DNA from: a virus
Length of the DNA stretch: 64,000 bases
Reading direction: 5' to 3' (one strand)
Virus record (IMG/VR): IMGVR_UViG_3300033145_001136
Coordinates: 1 to 64,000 of that record
Part shown: piece after piece, positions 39,408-49,108 of the stretch
Numbering within the stretch: the first letter of the stretch is position 1
Layout of the letters: each line of letters opens with the position of its first letter
Translations under genes and position numbers: made by a program
Notes under the pieces: generated by a model
What the model saw: the letters and a program-made list of their open reading frames with translations, nothing else
The model's database searches: none
What the model was told of the DNA's origin: nothing

Positions 39408-40340
39408 TTATACCTCTCTATACATTATTTGGTTAAATATACTATGTGGAGTTAGTTCATTCATACACACATATTCACTACAAGTATCCCACCTAGAAGT
39501 GTACTGACATGGCGCACAATCTAAGCTAACTCGCAAAATCTCTGCATTTGGTTCTAGTGGTCTATTTTTAACAAGTGATGTGGGCCCCCATATGAAAAAG
39601 GTTTTTATTCCCAATACTGATGCCATATGTCCTGGCCCACAATCATTCGCTATAACATAGTCGCATTGTGACAGTACATGAGAAGTTTGAAACAAAGTAT
39701 ATTTTCCTATACGATTATGTATAACCGCAAAAGCATCCCCCTCTATGGTGGCATTATAGGCATGGTAGTCGTCAAAATCCTCGTGTTCTCCCCCAATAAT
39801 AATAACTTTGTGTCCATCGCGCTGCAATAGCTCTGCAAGTTCTGCAAAATGGGGCCATTTCTTACGTCCCCACTGCCAATCTGAGCGACCACCAGGTATT
39901 AAGCCGACTATTTTCTTAAATGGTTCTTGTCCATCTTCATAATCGAACGTTTCCCCACTATTCGATGTGAGTAGTGCCATGTTTCTTGGTGGCATTTCCC
40001 CTACATACCCCAACAATCTTACCGCATCTAGATTGGATTCTGTTTCATGGATCTGTGTAACCCTATCTCTCGGTGCCCTTACTATGCGATCGTATTTGTA
40101 TCCTTTTAATTCCTCATCAGCATGAAAAATGGATTGCACCACTAAGTCATACTGTGTATGTGATGGTTGCTCACCGGTTTTGTATGTATTATTACACAAA
40201 CCGATCCATAATTCAGGAAATTCTGTGAGCACATCAATACTATTAGATGGAGCAGGGAACACCATGTGTAGCGCAGCTACTGCTGGAGAAGCGTTAAGAT
40301 TATTCCCTATGCCCGATACAGAATGGTATAATATCTTCAT
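39408..40340 (-). CDS. Glycosyltransferase family 9 (heptosyltransferase-like)
   Basis: SGIGN, HETESNL, GLIPG....RKKWPHFAELA, IANDCGPGHMAS.LG, IWGPT, CAPC...C....CM. Confidence 0.88.
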   Translation of the reverse strand: MKILYHSVSGIGNNLNASPAVAALHMVFPAPSNSIDVLTEFPELWIGLCNNTYKTGEQPSHTQYDLVVQSIFHADEELKGYKYDRIVRAPRDRVTQIHETESNLDAVRLLGYVGEMPPRNMALLTSNSGETFDYEDGQEPFKKIVGLIPGGRSDWQWGRKKWPHFAELAELLQRDGHKVIIIGGEHEDFDDYHAYNATIEGDAFAVIHNRIGKYTLFQTSHVLSQCDYVIANDCGPGHMASVLGIKTFFIWGPTSLVKNRPLEPNAEILRVSLDCAPCQYTSRWDTCSEYVCMNELTPHSIFNQIMYREV

Positions 40341-40385
40341 ATTTAAGTATCCCAGAAAGCCAGAGGATTCCCCAGAAATGGCCCC

Positions 40386-40631
40386 TTACCAAATGTTGGG
40401 AGCTGGCCTACTAGCTTTCTCCTCTTCTTTCTCATCCTCTTCATCAACGAGAGGCGTAACCTCATGGATATCCATAGAAACCGGCTCGTCCTCGAGAATT
40501 GGTTCGCTATCCTTAAGAATCTTTTTTGCCTCCGCAATCAATAGTGCAAATGCATTTTTACACGTCTTGAATGCCATCGGCGTATTCATTCCAGCCACTT
40601 TTTTCACAAATACTTCGAACTTGTCTTCCAT
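40386..40631 (-). CDS. Small acidic hypothetical protein
   Basis: 81 aa with a TAATG overlap with the upstream gene and a GGAG RBS. Confidence 0.6.
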   Translation of the reverse strand: MEDKFEVFVKKVAGMNTPMAFKTCKNAFALLIAEAKKILKDSEPILEDEPVSMDIHEVTPLVDEEDEKEEEKASRPAPNIW

Positions 40632-43600
40632 TAGTTTGCTCCCTTTTTATCTATGTAACTTACCTTGTGTCGCATATTAACAACAGTTACTCGATCGAAC
40701 ATGTGATGGTACTCTGCAATGTCACAGTGAGTAATCAAATAAATAAAAATACCATACATTTCTTTTAACATGTGTAGTAGACTTACCAACTGCATTCTAT
40801 CATGTTCATCGAGATTTCCCACTCCCTCGTCCATAAATAATATCGGTAGCGTGATGGCCTTACGATTTATTAACATAATCGATAAAGCCAATCTTATAGA
40901 TATATCGATCCATAGCCCCTCTCCACCCGAGAATTCCTCCAACATTCTCTCTACACCATTTACTGATGCGATAATCTTGAATGTGTCCATCCATTTTAAA
41001 TTACCAGCTTCATCCTTAACCGTTTTCGCCTGCTCTCGTACCACAATGGAAACCTGCTCATCTCTTCCAACATAATCCAGGAAACCATTTGCAATCGTTT
41101 CTACCGCAACTGACGCGTTTTCTATAATATAAGACTGTATTCCATCTGGCCCAAATACGCCATAAAGTTCTTGGAATATATCCCGAAGGTATTCGGCCTC
41201 TTCAATAGCTGTTCTATGCCCCTCGATATCTTCACGTGTCTTCTCGATAGTTTCTAGTCGTCCTTCGATATGTCCCTGTTCACGCTCCGCATCCCGTCTG
41301 GCAGCCACATATGTGCTATGTTTGGACTTTGCCGCAACAAGCTTGTTCTCTATAGTATGAAGCTTGTCAGCAAATTCTTCCATCATTTGTGTTTCATCAG
41401 CCATAGTGTCAGCCAAAGCATCAACCTTGACACCAATCTCTGCTTCTTCTGCTTCTACCGTAGCAAGCGATTCCTCTATGTCTACTTTGCGCTCTCGTGC
41501 CTGTTGTACCGCTATCTCAGATTTCCCCTTATCTCTACGCCAATTTTCAATGTCTACCACTCTCTTATCAAATGCATTTGTTGCAAACTGAACTTCGCGT
41601 AATTGGGTTTCAACTTCGGAAAGTTTATCGATAACTGATTGGAGTTCAACCTCAATATCTCCTTTTGTTTGTTCAGCTTCAGTTAAAATCTTCTGTCTCC
41701 CTGTCAATAGTTCGGTAAATACACTGTCATCCAACCCCTCTCTACCACAAGTTGGGCATTCTTCTTCTTGTGCTTTTTCGGTATCTCGTAATCTAGCCTG
41801 TGCCTTGCCGATATCATTTTCTATTGTTACTAATCGTTTATTTATATTGGACCGTTCACCCAATAGGCCATCATGCATCACTGTTAATTCTTGCCCTGTA
41901 GCCTTTAGATCATCTATATTTTCTTCCTGTTTATGCTCAAGTTCTAACCTAGCCAATGTACTGGTTGCAGAATCTATAGCCTCCTGCCATTCTTGTATTT
42001 CTTTGCTAACATCCTGCCGTCTAACATTAAATCCGGCAATATCACTTATTAAACATTCCCGTGTACTTTGTAACTCGTTAAAATCAGCTATCTTAGTCTT
42101 TATCTCTTGCATATCCTTTTTAGTATCAAGTAAATCTGCTTCTACTTCTTCTACTTCTTTCTCCGCCATCTCCACTGCCAAGCCAGTGTCTCGTAATTTT
42201 AAAACCATTTCTGCAAGTTCTTTGCGCAAATCTTCCTCTACCTCTTGCCCAAGTAGTGTCTCAAGGGCCTCTAGCTGCCCCATACGTACCTTCAGCTTGT
42301 CATTTACAACATCGCGTTGTCCCTTAGCTATGCTTCGATATATGGGCCAAACATTAGCGTCCGGGAGCATGTTCATGAACTTCTCTTTAGCAACCGCATT
42401 CTCCAACCCCGAGAACCGATCGAATTCATTCTGCTCCAGCCATAGCGAATGCCTTATGGTATCCGCCGACATACCCAAATATTGTATTATTTCCTGCTCT
42501 GTCTCGTCTATTTTATGACAAGTGGTGATCTTACCCGATACAGTTAACTTAGTAGATTTATCTCTCGTTCTACGTCGTTTGATTGTTGTCCCATCCATAA
42601 ACACAATTTCAACCTGCATATAGTCTTGAAAATCCCTAATAAGATGATCACCAGCAGGATATTTCCTTGTACCTGGCCCCGTCCCGAACAAACACCACAT
42701 AATCGAACCAATGATGGTAGATTTACCAGAACCAATGCTTTTAGTCGGGTCACCATTTATCATTCCAACTATTAAGTTTACCATTGGCCTACCTTCATTT
42801 TCCTCAAAGGTAAGTCGTTGATTTTCACCATACGATCTATAATTACTGATGATTATTTCTACAATCGGGCTAACATCGCGAACATCGGAATATAGGGTGG
42901 GAACATCTCCATGTTTCCCATCTATAATTTCGTGTCCAAGCATAAGTACATCATCCGATGCGCCCATATGAATATGATCCATATATGATACAAATGCGTC
43001 TGTTGGCGACTCCGTAGCACTAATATCTACATCCCGTACTTCTTTTGTCCCAAGCTTCTTGATCTTATAATCTAGCTTACGTGATTTCTTTTGTGCATCT
43101 CGTATTAACTGATGTAATTCCAAACTTCGACTTTCCTGCTCAGTACAATCCAACGTTAAATATGTATCTGGCATCCCTTCCATTGTCTCTACAAAAATGC
43201 GCGCATCAACAAGCGTACCATCAAAACGAGTCGCAGGGTGTAGTTTCAACGACTCCGATCCGATTACACCATCATCTATCGTCACAAATCGCTTAGATTG
43301 ATCCCATTCAGACTTATTTGATCGTATCAATGAACCCGTATACAAAATTGGTAAATGATCATCAATCGTCTGTGGCGTATGAATGTCTCCCAGAACCACA
43401 CCGATACAGCTCTTTTGTTGTGAATTTTTAATCGCTTTAGTTACACGCAATATGTCTTTTGCCGATAAATCTGCCTCATCAACCTTTCGTACTCCTGCAG
43501 GCACAGACGCCTCTTGTAATGGCGGGTTAGGGTGCGAAATTATGATGTATTTCCCACCTTCTGGTACGTGCTGTACCTGTTCCTTAAGCATGGATAACCA

Positions 43601-44032
43601 TGCATCTGCATAGGTTGTATTCTCATACCTCTGCATAATATCTTTAGGAATGTGTGGAATAGCAACAACGTGATAATTATCGCCAGGAATAGTGTCAGGG
43701 AATGCGCACACATTAATACCGTTTACATCAAGTATTGCAAATTCAGTTACCGCATGTTCTAGATGATCTTTAAAATCGTGATTACCCGGGATAATCCAAA
43801 TTTCCGAATACACCTCTCGCATATCCATCAGTTTCTTGTGCAAGGCTATTTCTACCGACTTCGCTGGACGATATGATTGATATATGTCACCAGCTATAAA
43901 TAAGCGCAGGCGTATATCACTACCTGCTGGCCTACGTTTTTTGCCATATTCGATGATCTGGTCTACTGCAGCAAGTTGGTCACCCAATTTTGCCGCCATA
44001 AAATGCCAGTCAGCAGTTATAACGTCAATCAT
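40631..44032 (-). CDS. SbcD-SbcC (Mre11-Rad50) nuclease-ATPase fusion
   Basis: Metallophosphoesterase motifs TADWH, AGDIY, PGNHD and GDIH. The same frame continues into NYRSY, GSGKST (Walker A), EQNEF (Q-loop), coiled coil with a CPTCG hook, FSGGE, FMDEG and ITH. Start taken as ATG 44032 after AAGGAG. Confidence 0.9.
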   Translation of the reverse strand: MIDVITADWHFMAAKLGDQLAAVDQIIEYGKKRRPAGSDIRLRLFIAGDIYQSYRPAKSVEIALHKKLMDMREVYSEIWIIPGNHDFKDHLEHAVTEFAILDVNGINVCAFPDTIPGDNYHVVAIPHIPKDIMQRYENTTYADAWLSMLKEQVQHVPEGGKYIIISHPNPPLQEASVPAGVRKVDEADLSAKDILRVTKAIKNSQQKSCIGVVLGDIHTPQTIDDHLPILYTGSLIRSNKSEWDQSKRFVTIDDGVIGSESLKLHPATRFDGTLVDARIFVETMEGMPDTYLTLDCTEQESRSLELHQLIRDAQKKSRKLDYKIKKLGTKEVRDVDISATESPTDAFVSYMDHIHMGASDDVLMLGHEIIDGKHGDVPTLYSDVRDVSPIVEIIISNYRSYGENQRLTFEENEGRPMVNLIVGMINGDPTKSIGSGKSTIIGSIMWCLFGTGPGTRKYPAGDHLIRDFQDYMQVEIVFMDGTTIKRRRTRDKSTKLTVSGKITTCHKIDETEQEIIQYLGMSADTIRHSLWLEQNEFDRFSGLENAVAKEKFMNMLPDANVWPIYRSIAKGQRDVVNDKLKVRMGQLEALETLLGQEVEEDLRKELAEMVLKLRDTGLAVEMAEKEVEEVEADLLDTKKDMQEIKTKIADFNELQSTRECLISDIAGFNVRRQDVSKEIQEWQEAIDSATSTLARLELEHKQEENIDDLKATGQELTVMHDGLLGERSNINKRLVTIENDIGKAQARLRDTEKAQEEECPTCGREGLDDSVFTELLTGRQKILTEAEQTKGDIEVELQSVIDKLSEVETQLREVQFATNAFDKRVVDIENWRRDKGKSEIAVQQARERKVDIEESLATVEAEEAEIGVKVDALADTMADETQMMEEFADKLHTIENKLVAAKSKHSTYVAARRDAEREQGHIEGRLETIEKTREDIEGHRTAIEEAEYLRDIFQELYGVFGPDGIQSYIIENASVAVETIANGFLDYVGRDEQVSIVVREQAKTVKDEAGNLKWMDTFKIIASVNGVERMLEEFSGGEGLWIDISIRLALSIMLINRKAITLPILFMDEGVGNLDEHDRMQLVSLLHMLKEMYGIFIYLITHCDIAEYHHMFDRVTVVNMRHKVSYIDKKGAN

Positions 44033-47000
44033 AGCTCTCCTTCTTATCGATAAGTGGTTTCCCGGCAAGCTCTGTACCATCCGTCAAGTCCCACGCTTCA
44101 AATCGGTCCCATGTAGAGAATGTTTTCGAACCTTTAAATTCCCCTATTGTTCCTATTAGTAGGTATGGCTCCCCTGTTCTAAATTTTCCTGCGTATCTAT
44201 CTTTTGTTTTTCCAAAGATTACTATTTCTAATGTATCCATGGAATCACCGATATTAATACGCATACATGGGTTACCCTTTGCCGACACAAATTCGGTCGT
44301 TTTGTCCACAATACCCATGATCCCCACTGCCATGGCCAAATTTTGTTCCTCAATTTCGTGCATATCAATAATGTCCATGTCCTTTACTCTTATTATTTCT
44401 TCTGCGCGATCATCATATAGTGACAGTCTATCATCTTCCTTACCACAATTTACCCCTAACATATCTACTTCGAATCGTAACAGTATCTCCGGTATGTATT
44501 CTGGCTCATCCTCATACTTCGAGAAAGCCTCCCCCATGTCCTCCCACGCAAGTCCCCCTGTTCTGTATTTATCTTTTTTCGAATAATTAATGATTCTATC
44601 TAATACAGGTTGCGTTACTTTATCGGGCTTACCACTCTGTTGAATAAGTTCTTCCCTAAGTATTGAAAATAGTGTAATCGGCTTGCTCCTACCTCGCGGC
44701 AACCCACGGAAACACCCCGCTTTTAATAACGCCACTTTGACAGTCTTATTACATAGTTTGGCCGAAATCCGTCGTGAAAAGTCTAGGAAATCTAGAAAAT
44801 CTCCCCTGTCCTCGCGTTCTTCTATAATAGCGTTACAGGCTGCTTCCCCAACCCCCTTAATAGCGCGTAATCCAATAGTAACGCTATCTGCTTCAAATGT
44901 TGTATGTGCCTGTGCAGTATTAATTGCTGGCGGCAAAAGCTCACCCTGGTCTAGCGTTTTTATTAATCGTTTAATTTCCTTATAGGCCCGCAATTGTTCA
45001 TCCGATTTACCTTCGTATGAATTTAGCTCTGCTACCATATATGCCAGTGGGTAGTGCGCCTTAAGATAGGCGGTGGCGTAAGTTATTAGAGAATATCCGA
45101 CGGCATGGCTGAGATTCCAATTATAGGCGGCTGATGGCTTAATGTCTTCAAATACCTGTTTTGCCAATACCCCGTTTTTCCCCCTGGCTACAGCCCTCTT
45201 CAAGAAAATCTCTCCCTCTGCATCCATATCTGCTTTGACTTTTTTGCCAATAATTCTCCTTAAATTATCTGCCTCATCATCGGTATACCCAGCAATTACC
45301 TTGGCCGCTTCCATAATCTGCTCTTGGTATAACATAATCCCATATGTATCTTTAAATATTTCTTCTAGCTCTGGGTGTATGTATTTGATCTTGGTTGAAT
45401 CATGTCTACGTTCTATGTAATTGGCCGAAGCACCCGATTCTATCGCCCCCGTACGGTGTAGTGCATTTAAAGCCACAAGCAATTCAAATGTATCCGTATC
45501 CAATTGTTTTGCCATGTGTCTAAATCCAGGCGATGACAGTTGAAATATATGCTTGGTCTCACCCGACTTAATCAAATCAAATGTTTTCTTGTCATCAAGT
45601 GGCATTCGCCACGGAGCACCAGTCGGCAAACCCCCGTATTGCTCAGCTATGATCCCCATTGCAGCATAGATTACGTCTATTGTGCGCAAGCCAAGCAAAT
45701 CGAGCTTAACAAACCCCAAGTCCTCTATATCATGCATATCTACTTGCGTAACCTCGGTGGGATCTTTACTACTTGTTTTAGCCATCGAAACAAATTTGTC
45801 TAAATCTTCGTTAGTAATAACCACCGCAGCAGCATGCTTACCAAGTGATTTTGGCGTCCCGGTTATTGCCTCGGCATACTCCACCCATCTAACTTTCGTT
45901 AATGGTTCGCGTCCTTGTACAAGCCGCCTATTTTCTGTCACCTCCTCTAAGAAAGTGACCTCTCGCTTTTCCATATCAGTAAGTACTGAATTGCCCTTGT
46001 CCCTCATTGATTGGATCGTTGTTCCCGGCTCTTCTGGAACTCGCTTGGTCATCTCGTTGGCATATGTAAATCCCAACTCATACCCCCGCGCTACCTCCTT
46101 AATCGCCAACTTTGCACCATAGGTATTGAATGTACCAATATGCGCCACCATCGCACCTTTAAATAGCTCTTCTAAATACTTAAGGCATTTCCCTCTAACT
46201 TCACCCCCAACATCAATGTCAATGTCCGGGAGTGTTACTCTCGATTTGTTAAGAAATCTTTCAAACGAGAGTTTATATTCGATAGGGTCCACGACAGTAA
46301 TATTGAGGAGGTACACAACAAGACTCCCCGAACAACTTCCCCGGCCAGGCCCAACAGGAATGTTGTTTTCACCTGCCCATTTGACGAAATCCCAGAACGT
46401 GAGGAAGTAGTCTGCGAATCCAAGCTCATTGATAACCCTCAATTCTTTCTCTAATCGCTCTCTGTATACATCCTGATCTTTAGTAGCGATATGATTAAAT
46501 GTAATATCCCAGTTATCTTCACAAATCTTCCGCAAAAGATCCTGCGCTGTCAACCCAGTTGGCACCTTTGGGTATTGTGGCATATATTTACCCGGCACGC
46601 GCTCAACCTCATAGTCTTCTACCCTATCGGCAATATATGCAGTATTAGTTAGCCATTCCTCCGGTATATCTCCCTTCTCGAGTAGTTCATCAACAGTCTT
46701 CATCCAAAATTCATTATGTTCATACATCATTCGATTAGACTTGTCCGCCCAAATGTTTTTACCGGTCCGTACCGCCAACAAAAGATCCTGTCGCCAATAA
46801 TCCTCTTCCGTCATATAGTGCACGTCATTAGTCAAAATAATCGGCACATTTTTTAATTCTGGCGTATTTAATACAAACTCTCTTATTACATCTTCCTCTG
46901 TTATGCCATGCTTCATAAGCTCTATAAATACGTTGTCCTCACCAAAATACTCCTTATATATTGAAATTAACTCTATTGCCCTTGCCCCATCCCCATCAAT

Positions 47001-47465
47001 GATAGCACGCGCAAATTCACCCTGTATACACCCCGTACCAATGGCTATCCCTTCTCCATGCTCTGCCATTAACGCATGATCAATCCGTCCCTGCATCCTA
47101 TAATATCCATCACGAAATCCAAGTGTACTCAGTTTCATCAGGTTGTGATACCCAATCTTATTCATGGCCCACATAGTCAAATGCCACGAGAACCGCTCAA
47201 GTTTTCCATCCGGTCCCTTATGGTATGATTTCTTATCCTGCCCTCCGACCGCTATATATGCCTCCATCCCGGCTATGGGTTTAATCTTTGCTTTCTCACA
47301 CGCCCAAATAAAGGATGGCATCGCAAACATGTTGCCATGCTCGGTCACACAACACGCCTGTGGGTCAAATTGTTTTGCAGCTTCTATATATTCTTCTCGC
47401 TTCGCGACACCATCAAGAAGGCTATATACACTATGGTTGTGTAGGTGTACGAATCTCACGCCCAA
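44025..47465 (-). CDS. dnaE: DNA polymerase III alpha subunit (C family)
   Basis: HLHNHSVYSLLDG (PHP), TNDVHY, GPGRGS, FERFLN.SR..LPDIDID, KLDLLGL, YLKAHYP, GLRAIKGVG and a C-terminal OB fold. Confidence 0.96.
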   Translation of the reverse strand: MGVRFVHLHNHSVYSLLDGVAKREEYIEAAKQFDPQACCVTEHGNMFAMPSFIWACEKAKIKPIAGMEAYIAVGGQDKKSYHKGPDGKLERFSWHLTMWAMNKIGYHNLMKLSTLGFRDGYYRMQGRIDHALMAEHGEGIAIGTGCIQGEFARAIIDGDGARAIELISIYKEYFGEDNVFIELMKHGITEEDVIREFVLNTPELKNVPIILTNDVHYMTEEDYWRQDLLLAVRTGKNIWADKSNRMMYEHNEFWMKTVDELLEKGDIPEEWLTNTAYIADRVEDYEVERVPGKYMPQYPKVPTGLTAQDLLRKICEDNWDITFNHIATKDQDVYRERLEKELRVINELGFADYFLTFWDFVKWAGENNIPVGPGRGSCSGSLVVYLLNITVVDPIEYKLSFERFLNKSRVTLPDIDIDVGGEVRGKCLKYLEELFKGAMVAHIGTFNTYGAKLAIKEVARGYELGFTYANEMTKRVPEEPGTTIQSMRDKGNSVLTDMEKREVTFLEEVTENRRLVQGREPLTKVRWVEYAEAITGTPKSLGKHAAAVVITNEDLDKFVSMAKTSSKDPTEVTQVDMHDIEDLGFVKLDLLGLRTIDVIYAAMGIIAEQYGGLPTGAPWRMPLDDKKTFDLIKSGETKHIFQLSSPGFRHMAKQLDTDTFELLVALNALHRTGAIESGASANYIERRHDSTKIKYIHPELEEIFKDTYGIMLYQEQIMEAAKVIAGYTDDEADNLRRIIGKKVKADMDAEGEIFLKRAVARGKNGVLAKQVFEDIKPSAAYNWNLSHAVGYSLITYATAYLKAHYPLAYMVAELNSYEGKSDEQLRAYKEIKRLIKTLDQGELLPPAINTAQAHTTFEADSVTIGLRAIKGVGEAACNAIIEEREDRGDFLDFLDFSRRISAKLCNKTVKVALLKAGCFRGLPRGRSKPITLFSILREELIQQSGKPDKVTQPVLDRIINYSKKDKYRTGGLAWEDMGEAFSKYEDEPEYIPEILLRFEVDMLGVNCGKEDDRLSLYDDRAEEIIRVKDMDIIDMHEIEEQNLAMAVGIMGIVDKTTEFVSAKGNPCMRINIGDSMDTLEIVIFGKTKDRYAGKFRTGEPYLLIGTIGEFKGSKTFSTWDRFEAWDLTDGTELAGKPLIDKKESYD

Positions 47466-48000
47466 GGTCCTCCATTAAATTTTTATAGGCCTTTTCCGAA
47501 AAATAACCCAGGCGCGGATTTGCGCCTGGTCTAGATTCAGACGTATCAACTAGCCTTACCTTACCCCTAATCACCGGCTGCCTGCCATGTCGCTGAAGCA
47601 CCCTGGTTATCGTATCTCCAGTTACATCGTGTTTTCTAGCCAATTGTGCTCGCGTAGCCCCAATTTTATATTCGTAACAAATATCCTGCTCTTCTCTTGG
47701 TGTAAATCTATACCAATAATATCCAGCCTTACCATCACTTGTTATAATGGCCCGCATATATCCCTTGACCTTTGCCTTAGTTTTTCTTGGACATGTGCCA
47801 TGACGTTTAAGCACCCTAGAGATTGTACTTACCGACACTTCGTGTTTTTTAGCTAGCTGTAATCTCGTAATCCCCATCTTGTGTTCACAGCAAATATTCA
47901 GCTCTTCATTTGGCGTAAACCTATACCAGTAGCTCCCAAGCCTCCCATTTTCCAGAGTAAGGACCCGCATATATCCTCTTACTTTAGTTTTGCCAGCCAT
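47431..48000 (-). CDS. Tandem duplicated HTH DNA-binding protein
   Basis: Two ~65-aa repeats of KV.GYMR......G..G.YWYRFTP.EE..IC.E.K.G.TR.QLA.KH.V...TI.RVL.RHG. Start taken as ATG 48000 (TAATG overlap). Confidence 0.75.
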   Translation of the reverse strand: MAGKTKVRGYMRVLTLENGRLGSYWYRFTPNEELNICCEHKMGITRLQLAKKHEVSVSTISRVLKRHGTCPRKTKAKVKGYMRAIITSDGKAGYYWYRFTPREEQDICYEYKIGATRAQLARKHDVTGDTITRVLQRHGRQPVIRGKVRLVDTSESRPGANPRLGYFSEKAYKNLMEDLGREIRTPTQP

Positions 48001-48350
48001 TAGTTGATATACCACATCCCTTCGGGACGCTGTTCGGCCCAAGCCAGTAACGTTGCTATTGCGATACCGACATTCCCAGGTGTGGGTATCCAATAATCAT
48101 CTGTCATTGGGTTTGTGCCTAGTTTCATCACTGCAGCCCGTAATTCTGGGATTGTGTCTTCTGCAAACCGCTCATGAAGTCCCCCAAAACTGAAACCTAT
48201 CAAATGTGTAACTTCTGCATAATTATACGTTACATTAAGCCATGTTTCTGTGTATCCGCCGTCTACTGTTGTACCGCCACCTTCATGATGCGGTACATCT
48301 GTATATAGCCGCGCTTCTACTGGATCTCTAAGCTCAATATCCCAACTCAT
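48000..48350 (-). CDS. Conserved phage hypothetical protein
   Basis: GGAGGT RBS; MSWDIEL...GGT...GG...WLNVTYNY...DYW.PT.GN pattern. Confidence 0.7.
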   Translation of the reverse strand: MSWDIELRDPVEARLYTDVPHHEGGGTTVDGGYTETWLNVTYNYAEVTHLIGFSFGGLHERFAEDTIPELRAAVMKLGTNPMTDDYWIPTPGNVGIAIATLLAWAEQRPEGMWYIN

Positions 48351-48378
48351 TCAAATACCTCCCAAGCTTGATGACCAT

Positions 48379-48660
48379 TTAGACAGAATTAATAATGATC
48401 TCCGTTCCTTCTAAGTTATTCGCCATATTGCGCAATCCATTAATTAAGCGTTGTTTTTCTGCTTCTATTTCAGCATTAAGCCTGCCTAAGTACTTTTTCG
48501 CCCCTAGGCACACACGACACTCATCAAATAACATATCGTTTCCGGTTAGTCCAGAATCGCGCCTCTTAGCATGCACCTGGAAACCTTCGGCCCCTCGTAC
48601 ATCATCGATAATTGTAGAATCTTTTGTTAGGCCGCAATCCACACATGTTTTTGTACTCAT
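48379..48660 (-). CDS. Hypothetical zinc-binding protein
   Basis: KTCVDCG...ECRVC. Confidence 0.6.
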   Translation of the reverse strand: MSTKTCVDCGLTKDSTIIDDVRGAEGFQVHAKRRDSGLTGNDMLFDECRVCLGAKKYLGRLNAEIEAEKQRLINGLRNMANNLEGTEIIINSV

Positions 48661-48661
48661 T

Positions 48662-48985
48662 TTACTTCCCTTTCTTCATGTCAGTGAGTATTTTGGATAT
48701 TTCTTTAAAAACTCCGTAATGAACTTTCCCACATTCCTGACATACCCATCCCCCAGCTATAAATTCATGTAGTGTCGGGGCATGCTTATTAAGCGGAACC
48801 CTATTACAGTGGACACACGTAACGTGTTGCAGAATACCATCCAATAAACTTCTCATTCGCTCTTGTACCCCCGGACATTGCTCCGCTATGGCTTCTTCAA
48901 GCTTATCAGCCATCTCGCGAAAATATTCGATGGCCTGCTCGCAAAGTTCTGCCGACATTCTTACAGTGTGATCTCCCTCAGGCAT
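48662..48985 (-). CDS. Hypothetical zinc-ribbon protein
   Basis: CVHC...CQECG; AAGGAGG RBS. Confidence 0.65.
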   Translation of the reverse strand: MPEGDHTVRMSAELCEQAIEYFREMADKLEEAIAEQCPGVQERMRSLLDGILQHVTCVHCNRVPLNKHAPTLHEFIAGGWVCQECGKVHYGVFKEISKILTDMKKGK

Positions 48986-49000
48986 TTTTGTTCATCCTCC

Positions 49001-49108
49001 TTACCAAACTTCTATTGATAATGTATCCATTTCTTTAATAATTTTCACCACACCAAATGCTGTCAGTACCGCTATGCCCACAACAATTAACCACTTAAAT
49101 ATATTCAT
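49001..49108 (-). CDS. Small single-TM membrane protein (35 aa)
   Basis: MNIFKWLIVVGIAVLTAFGVVKIIKEMDTLSIEVW*. ATGA overlap with the UDG stop; fills the gap. Confidence 0.55.
   Translation of the reverse strand: MNIFKWLIVVGIAVLTAFGVVKIIKEMDTLSIEVW

Noticed and set aside
25543-40340. Bacterial LPS/EPS locus adjacent to a prophage
   Set aside because: It is flanked on both sides by phage genes on the same strand with overlapping start/stop codons, and no integrase, att site or housekeeping genes were seen. A chimera cannot be fully excluded without reads.
40343-40537. Alternative 64-aa minus-strand ORF, and similar nested minus-strand ORFs (530-730, 831-1067, 1724-1993, 57973-58161)
   Set aside because: They are out-of-frame overlaps of better-supported genes that have an RBS or translational coupling.
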